A stretch of DNA of 64,000 nucleotides from NCBI GenBank assembly GCA_913045315.1, contig CAJWQJ010000004.1:4348-68347 (forward strand). The letters are read 5' to 3'. Source of the stretch: an uncultured Chloroflexota bacterium (GTDB lineage: Bacteria > Chloroflexota > Dehalococcoidia > Lucifugimonadales > UBA1127). Position numbers and translations under genes: made by a program. This document shows, in pieces, positions 59,136-64,000 of this stretch. Every line of letters begins with the position of its first letter. Within the stretch, counting starts at the first letter, position 1. The notes under the pieces are model-generated. The model made no database searches, was not told the origin of the DNA, and was given only the letters and a program-made list of their open reading frames with translations.

Positions 59136-62100
59136 ATGACAATCAGTAAATCGCCTAATAAAAGGAAATCAAACGAACTCTACGAAGCTCCAATTAAAAG
59201 TTATTCAAACATAAACAGTGTCATTAATGTCCCAAATTTACTTCAAATACAACTTGATGCAATGGAATGGTTAAAAGGGGATGGGCTTTCAAGCCTATTT
59301 TCAGAAGTTTCCCCAATAGATGATTTTACTGGGCATCGTTTAGAATTAAGTTTTCTTTCTCATGAATTTCGAGAACCAAAACATTCCATTTCGGAATGTA
59401 GGGAAAAGGAAATTACCTTTTCTAGACCTTTATATGTAAATACGCAATTAATAGTTAAAGAAACTGGGGAAATAAAGGAACAAAGTATATTCTTTGGAGA
59501 CATTCCAATGATGACCGAACAAGGTACTTTCATAATAAATGGTGCCGAAAGAGTAGTTGTCAGTCAATTGGTTCGCTCACCTGGAGTATATTACACAGTT
59601 GAATTAGATACTTCTGGAAGGCCTATATGTTCTGCAAAATTAATACCTTATCGTGGTGCTTGGCTTGAATTTGAAACATCTGCTCGAGATCAACTAGTTG
59701 TGAAAGTAGACAGGAAAAGAAAAGCCCCTATAACTTTACTTCTTAGAGCATTAGGGTACATTTCAGACGAAGAAATTCTCGAACTTTTTGCCAGTATCGA
59801 TGACCATCCTGACCATAAATACATAGAGACTACGTTATCCAAAGACCCAATCCCTTCTTCCCGTTATGAAGATTTTAGAGAATCCGATCTTGAGTCTACA
59901 TGGCTAAAAGTAAAAGGTGATACTCCTTACGATCCAATGCTTGCTAAAGGACTTGTGGCTTCCCGAATTGAATTTTATAGAAGGCTAAGACCAGGAGAAC
60001 CAGCAAGTATCGACAACGCAAATACTTTAATTGATAACCTTTTATTTAACCCTCGACGTTATGATCTTGGGACAGTTGGCAGTTACAAGATGGGCAGGCA
60101 AATTGAATCACGAAAAAATTCATCTGAAACATCTGGCCTTAGAGTACTCAACAAAAAAGATATCGTAGATGTAATAACTAAAATCATTTATATAAACAAT
60201 GGCCATCCGGAAGATGCTGACGATATTGACCACTTAGGAAATAGACGTGTTAGAGCAGTTGGAGAATTAATACAAAACCAATTAAGACTTGGTGTTCTTA
60301 GGATGGAAAGAGTTATAAAAGAACGCATGACGATAATTGAACCTGAAAATGCCACACCTGCTGCATTAGTCAATATCCGTCCAGTAGTTGCCGCGATAAG
60401 AGAATTTTTCGGCGGATCACAATTATCCCAGTTTATGGATCAAACTAACCCATTAGCTGAACTCACCCATAAAAGACGTTTGTCTGCCTTGGGACCTGGA
60501 GGCTTATCAAGAGAAAGAGCGGGTTTTGAAGTTCGGGACGTTCACAATTCTCATTATGGAAGAATTTGCCCAATAGAAACACCAGAAGGGCCAAATATTG
60601 GACTGTTAGGATCTCTAGCAACATATGGAAGAACTAACCAATATGGTTTTATAGAAACCCCTTACAGAAAGGTTTTTCATCAACTTCAAAGTTCAGACGA
60701 AAAACTTTTAGGAAGAACTGTTTCTAAGGATTTAAATGATGATAGTGGAAAGCTATTGGTAAAAGGTGGAAGTAAAATTACTTCAAAGATACTGGAAAAA
60801 ATTAAAAATTTAAATGAAACTTCAATCCCTTTAAGACCATTTGTCACATTGGACTCAACAGACATCGAATACCTTCCAGCTGATGATGAACAAGACATGG
60901 TAATTGCGCAAGCCAACATTCCTGTAGACGAACATGGGCAATTCGTGCCTGACACAGTCGAAACTAGAACAAATGGAGAACCACGAATTCAGGATATTGA
61001 TTTGATTCATTACATGGACGTTTCTCCAATGCAGATAGTAAGTGTATCAACATCTCTTATACCTTTCCTCGAACATGACGATGCTAACCGTGCTCTTATG
61101 GGTTCAAATATGCAAAGACAAGCAGTTCCATTGATTAGACCTGATGCCCCTTTAGTAGGTACTGGAATGGAAAGTAGAGTAGCACTCGATAGTGGGCAAG
61201 TGATACTTTCTGAAACTGACGGTGTTGTTACAGGGGTCAGCGGAGATGAAATTATAATTACAGAAAAGAATGGTGATGCAACGCCTTATCCCTTACAGAA
61301 ATTTGTTCGTAGCAATCAAAGCACATGTGTAAACCAAAGACCTGTCGTAAACATAGGGCAGAAAATTAAAATAGGGGACACATTAGCAGATTCTTCCTCC
61401 ACTGATAAAGGAGAACTAGCACTGGGTCACAACCTTCTCGTAGCTTTCATGAGTTGGGAAGGCTATAATTTTGAAGATGCTATCATCCTAAGTGAAGAAC
61501 TCGTTAAGGATGATAAATTTACATCGGTACATATTGAAAAATATGAATGTCAGTCCAGGCAAACAAAACTTGGAGAAGAAGAAATCACAAGGGATATTCC
61601 TAACGTAAGCGAAGATGCCCTAAGAAACTTAGACGAGCTTGGAATAATACGAATAGGTGCCGAAGTATCTGCAGGTGACATCTTAGTAGGAAAAATCACT
61701 CCCAAGGGTGAGACTGAACTTTCTGCTGAAGAAAAACTTCTGCGTGCTATTTTTGGAGAAAAAGCCAGAGATGTTAAAGACACTTCTCTCAAAGTGCCTC
61801 ATGGTGAACGAGGAAAAGTTATTGCAGTGAAAGTTTTTTCCAGAGAAAATCGAGACGAACTTCCTCCAAACGTTAATGAAGTAATTCGAGTTTGGGTTGC
61901 TCAAACAAGAAAAATTTCAGTCGGCGACAAAATGGCTGGAAGACATGGAAACAAAGGTGTTATCGCAAGAATTCTACCTGTGGAAGATATGCCGTATACC
62001 GAAGATGGCACGCCCATCCAGATTATATTAAACCCTATTGGGGTGCCTTCTAGGATGAATTTAGGTCAAATTTTAGAAACTCACTTGGGCTTAGTTGCAG

Positions 62101-62993
62101 ATTCCCTAAACTTTAGAGCAATCACTCCAGTATTTGACGGAGCAACTGACGAAGAAATCCAAGATGGGTTAGCCCATGTGTGGTTTTTAAAAGAGTCAAA
62201 CGCCATCGATCTTAGAGATTTAGACAACCCTATTGTTGATTGGGACATTGTGAAAGAATGGCTCGAAAATCAAGGTTACAATTTTGATGATGTATTTAAT
62301 GAAAATAACCCAGGTTTTCCAAGAAGAGTATGCTTAGAAATTTGGCTGAAGGAACATTCAAGTATTTCACTAAAAGGAAAAAGTGACGAGGAGCTTTTTA
62401 AGTTAGCAAGAAATATAGGACATGACGGAAAGAATGTCCCTCCTATAATGGGAAAAATGGTTCTACATGACGGTAGAACTGGCGAACAATTCGCACAACC
62501 CGTTACAGTTGGATACATCTATATGATGAAATTAATTCATTTGGTTGAAGATAAGATTCATGCAAGATCAACAGGGCCATATTCTCTAATAACACAACAA
62601 CCATTAGGCGGAAAAGCTCAATTCGGAGGTCAAAGATTTGGAGAAATGGAAGTCTGGGCTCTTGAAGCATATAGTGCTGCCCACAATTTGCAAGAAATGC
62701 TAACTGTAAAATCTGATGACGTTATGGGTAGGCAAAAAACATACGAGTCTATTGTAAAGGGTGATGAAGTAAGTCAACCAGGAGTCCCTGAATCTTTTCA
62801 AGTGCTACTCAAGGAAATGCAAGCATTGAGTCTTTCAGTTGAATTGCTCAATGAAAATTCATCAGAGATTCCACTTGAAGACACCTTTGCTCAAGCTCAA
62901 AATGTATTAGATGAAATTGAATACGATGGACCTGAAAACACAAACGAATATATGGAAATAGACGCTTTATTTGATAATGAAGACACTCTATAA
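59136..62993 (+). CDS. rpoB: DNA-directed RNA polymerase subunit beta
   Basis: Conserved blocks are present: [60 protein letters not shown] and [26 protein letters not shown]. 1285 aa. AAGGAG lies upstream. Confidence 0.95.
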   Translation: MTISKSPNKRKSNELYEAPIKSYSNINSVINVPNLLQIQLDAMEWLKGDGLSSLFSEVSPIDDFTGHRLELSFLSHEFREPKHSISECREKEITFSRPLYVNTQLIVKETGEIKEQSIFFGDIPMMTEQGTFIINGAERVVVSQLVRSPGVYYTVELDTSGRPICSAKLIPYRGAWLEFETSARDQLVVKVDRKRKAPITLLLRALGYISDEEILELFASIDDHPDHKYIETTLSKDPIPSSRYEDFRESDLESTWLKVKGDTPYDPMLAKGLVASRIEFYRRLRPGEPASIDNANTLIDNLLFNPRRYDLGTVGSYKMGRQIESRKNSSETSGLRVLNKKDIVDVITKIIYINNGHPEDADDIDHLGNRRVRAVGELIQNQLRLGVLRMERVIKERMTIIEPENATPAALVNIRPVVAAIREFFGGSQLSQFMDQTNPLAELTHKRRLSALGPGGLSRERAGFEVRDVHNSHYGRICPIETPEGPNIGLLGSLATYGRTNQYGFIETPYRKVFHQLQSSDEKLLGRTVSKDLNDDSGKLLVKGGSKITSKILEKIKNLNETSIPLRPFVTLDSTDIEYLPADDEQDMVIAQANIPVDEHGQFVPDTVETRTNGEPRIQDIDLIHYMDVSPMQIVSVSTSLIPFLEHDDANRALMGSNMQRQAVPLIRPDAPLVGTGMESRVALDSGQVILSETDGVVTGVSGDEIIITEKNGDATPYPLQKFVRSNQSTCVNQRPVVNIGQKIKIGDTLADSSSTDKGELALGHNLLVAFMSWEGYNFEDAIILSEELVKDDKFTSVHIEKYECQSRQTKLGEEEITRDIPNVSEDALRNLDELGIIRIGAEVSAGDILVGKITPKGETELSAEEKLLRAIFGEKARDVKDTSLKVPHGERGKVIAVKVFSRENRDELPPNVNEVIRVWVAQTRKISVGDKMAGRHGNKGVIARILPVEDMPYTEDGTPIQIILNPIGVPSRMNLGQILETHLGLVADSLNFRAITPVFDGATDEEIQDGLAHVWFLKESNAIDLRDLDNPIVDWDIVKEWLENQGYNFDDVFNENNPGFPRRVCLEIWLKEHSSISLKGKSDEELFKLARNIGHDGKNVPPIMGKMVLHDGRTGEQFAQPVTVGYIYMMKLIHLVEDKIHARSTGPYSLITQQPLGGKAQFGGQRFGEMEVWALEAYSAAHNLQEMLTVKSDDVMGRQKTYESIVKGDEVSQPGVPESFQVLLKEMQALSLSVELLNENSSEIPLEDTFAQAQNVLDEIEYDGPENTNEYMEIDALFDNEDTL

Positions 62994-63050
62994 ATAGTAG
63001 AGATATATAAATCAATTAGATAAGAAATTACCACACCCAAAAGGGGGTTT

Positions 63051-64000
63051 ATGAGTATGGTGCAAAGTGGACCAGATTTTAACGCAATAAGAATAGGATT
63101 AGCCTCTCCTGAACAAATACGAATGTGGTCATATGGTGAAGTAACTAAACCTGAAACAATAAATTACAGAACCCTTCGACCTGAGCGTGACGGATTATTT
63201 TGCGAAAGAATTTTTGGACCTACCAAAGATTGGGAATGTGCATGCGGCAAATACAAGAAAATACGATTCAGAGGTGTTAAATGTGAGCGTTGTGGGGTCG
63301 AGATAACAAGATCTAAGGTTCGCAGGGATCGAATGGGGCACATTGAATTGGCAGCTCCAGTCGCACATATTTGGTTCTCCAAAGGAATACCTAGTCGATT
63401 GGGATTGCTTCTAGATTTATCTCCTAGAAGTTTAGAACGGGTTTTATATTTTGCTCAGTACATAATTACTGAAATCAATGAAGAAGTTCGAGAATCAAAT
63501 CTAGCTACAATTGAGACTAATTATAATGAAGAGCTTGCAAAACTTACGTCAGATTGGGAACAAAAAATTGCACTCGCCAATGATGCTGATTCAGAGGAGC
63601 ACGACTCAGAATCAGAAACAAAAAATGAAACACTAGAAAACTTACAAAAACAACAAAAGGATGAATTTGAGAAACTTGAGTCTGATTACTCAGAAAAAGT
63701 TGCTGATTTGAATGAAATACGAATAGGTCAACTTATATTAGAAGCAAAATGGCGGGATCTATCAGAAAAACATCCAGGACTAGCGAGTGCAGGAATGGGT
63801 GCAGCAGCAATGAGAGAACTTCTGACTAATATTGATCTGGATCTTGAACGAGATTATTTAGTATCAGAAATGCGATCAACATCTGGACAACGTAGAAAAA
63901 AGGCTGTTAAAAGACTAAGAGTAGTTGAAGCTTTTAGAAAAAGTGCATCCAAGCCAGAATGGATGATCCTAGATGCACTACCAATACTTCCCCCCGACTT
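63051..64000 (+). CDS. rpoC: DNA-directed RNA polymerase subunit beta' (5' part; continues beyond the window)
   Basis: [29 protein letters not shown]...CERCGVE (zinc ribbon) and [14 protein letters not shown]. The start is ATG 63051 or 63057, downstream of AAGGGGG. Confidence 0.9.
   Translation, partial: MSMVQSGPDFNAIRIGLASPEQIRMWSYGEVTKPETINYRTLRPERDGLFCERIFGPTKDWECACGKYKKIRFRGVKCERCGVEITRSKVRRDRMGHIELAAPVAHIWFSKGIPSRLGLLLDLSPRSLERVLYFAQYIITEINEEVRESNLATIETNYNEELAKLTSDWEQKIALANDADSEEHDSESETKNETLENLQKQQKDEFEKLESDYSEKVADLNEIRIGQLILEAKWRDLSEKHPGLASAGMGAAAMRELLTNIDLDLERDYLVSEMRSTSGQRRKKAVKRLRVVEAFRKSASKPEWMILDALPILPPD

Noticed and set aside
1-64000. CRISPR arrays, transposases/IS elements, prophage genes, toxin-antitoxin pairs and known defence systems
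   Set aside because: I found none. The only tandem or direct repeats are coding (the PT linker, the GGT tract) or the 40-bp ligase remnant. No ORF carries recognisable nuclease/integrase/transposase or defence-associated ATPase signatures beyond housekeeping RecF, Mfd and FtsH.

Overview
AT-rich bacterial chromosomal segment, densely coding and mostly housekeeping. All calls come from reading the supplied translations plus my own translation of unlisted stretches; no database search was run. The gene set is monoderm-type: a short YidC, rpmH-rnpA-yidD-yidC-jag, and lipobox lipoproteins. It also carries many family III CoA-transferase and crotonase paralogs, an MoeB/CysM pair and an Rv0338c-like membrane Fe-S reductase. 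This fits a marine Chloroflexota (SAR202-like) or Actinomycetota lineage, and I cannot discriminate between them. Recognisable genes are rplY, lysC-thrB, hisH/A/F/IE, recF, cobB-like sirtuin, ftsH, monomeric icd, tRNA-Ala, mfd, proBA, serS, lysS, rpoB and the 5' part of rpoC. I saw no CRISPR array, transposase, integrase, prophage or recognisable defence system. The only clearly non-housekeeping region is 1-8426: three co-oriented genes for very large secreted proteins (1542 aa, 831 aa, and at least 369 aa cut by the window edge). The 831-aa protein has an archaeal-style layout: a PGF-pre-PGF-like domain, a CARDB-like domain, a Pro/Thr linker, and a C-terminal GlyGly/TM/RRR tail. I consider this a candidate uncharacterised cell-envelope (S-layer-like) system and the best lead. 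Secondary observations: a beta-propeller lipoprotein gene inserted in the yidD-yidC operon; a 95-nt yidC/jag dual-coding overlap; a decayed lipoprotein gene bracketed by a 40-bp direct repeat; an extended LysRS followed by a small ORF; and lineage-specific insertions in rpoB and rpoC.
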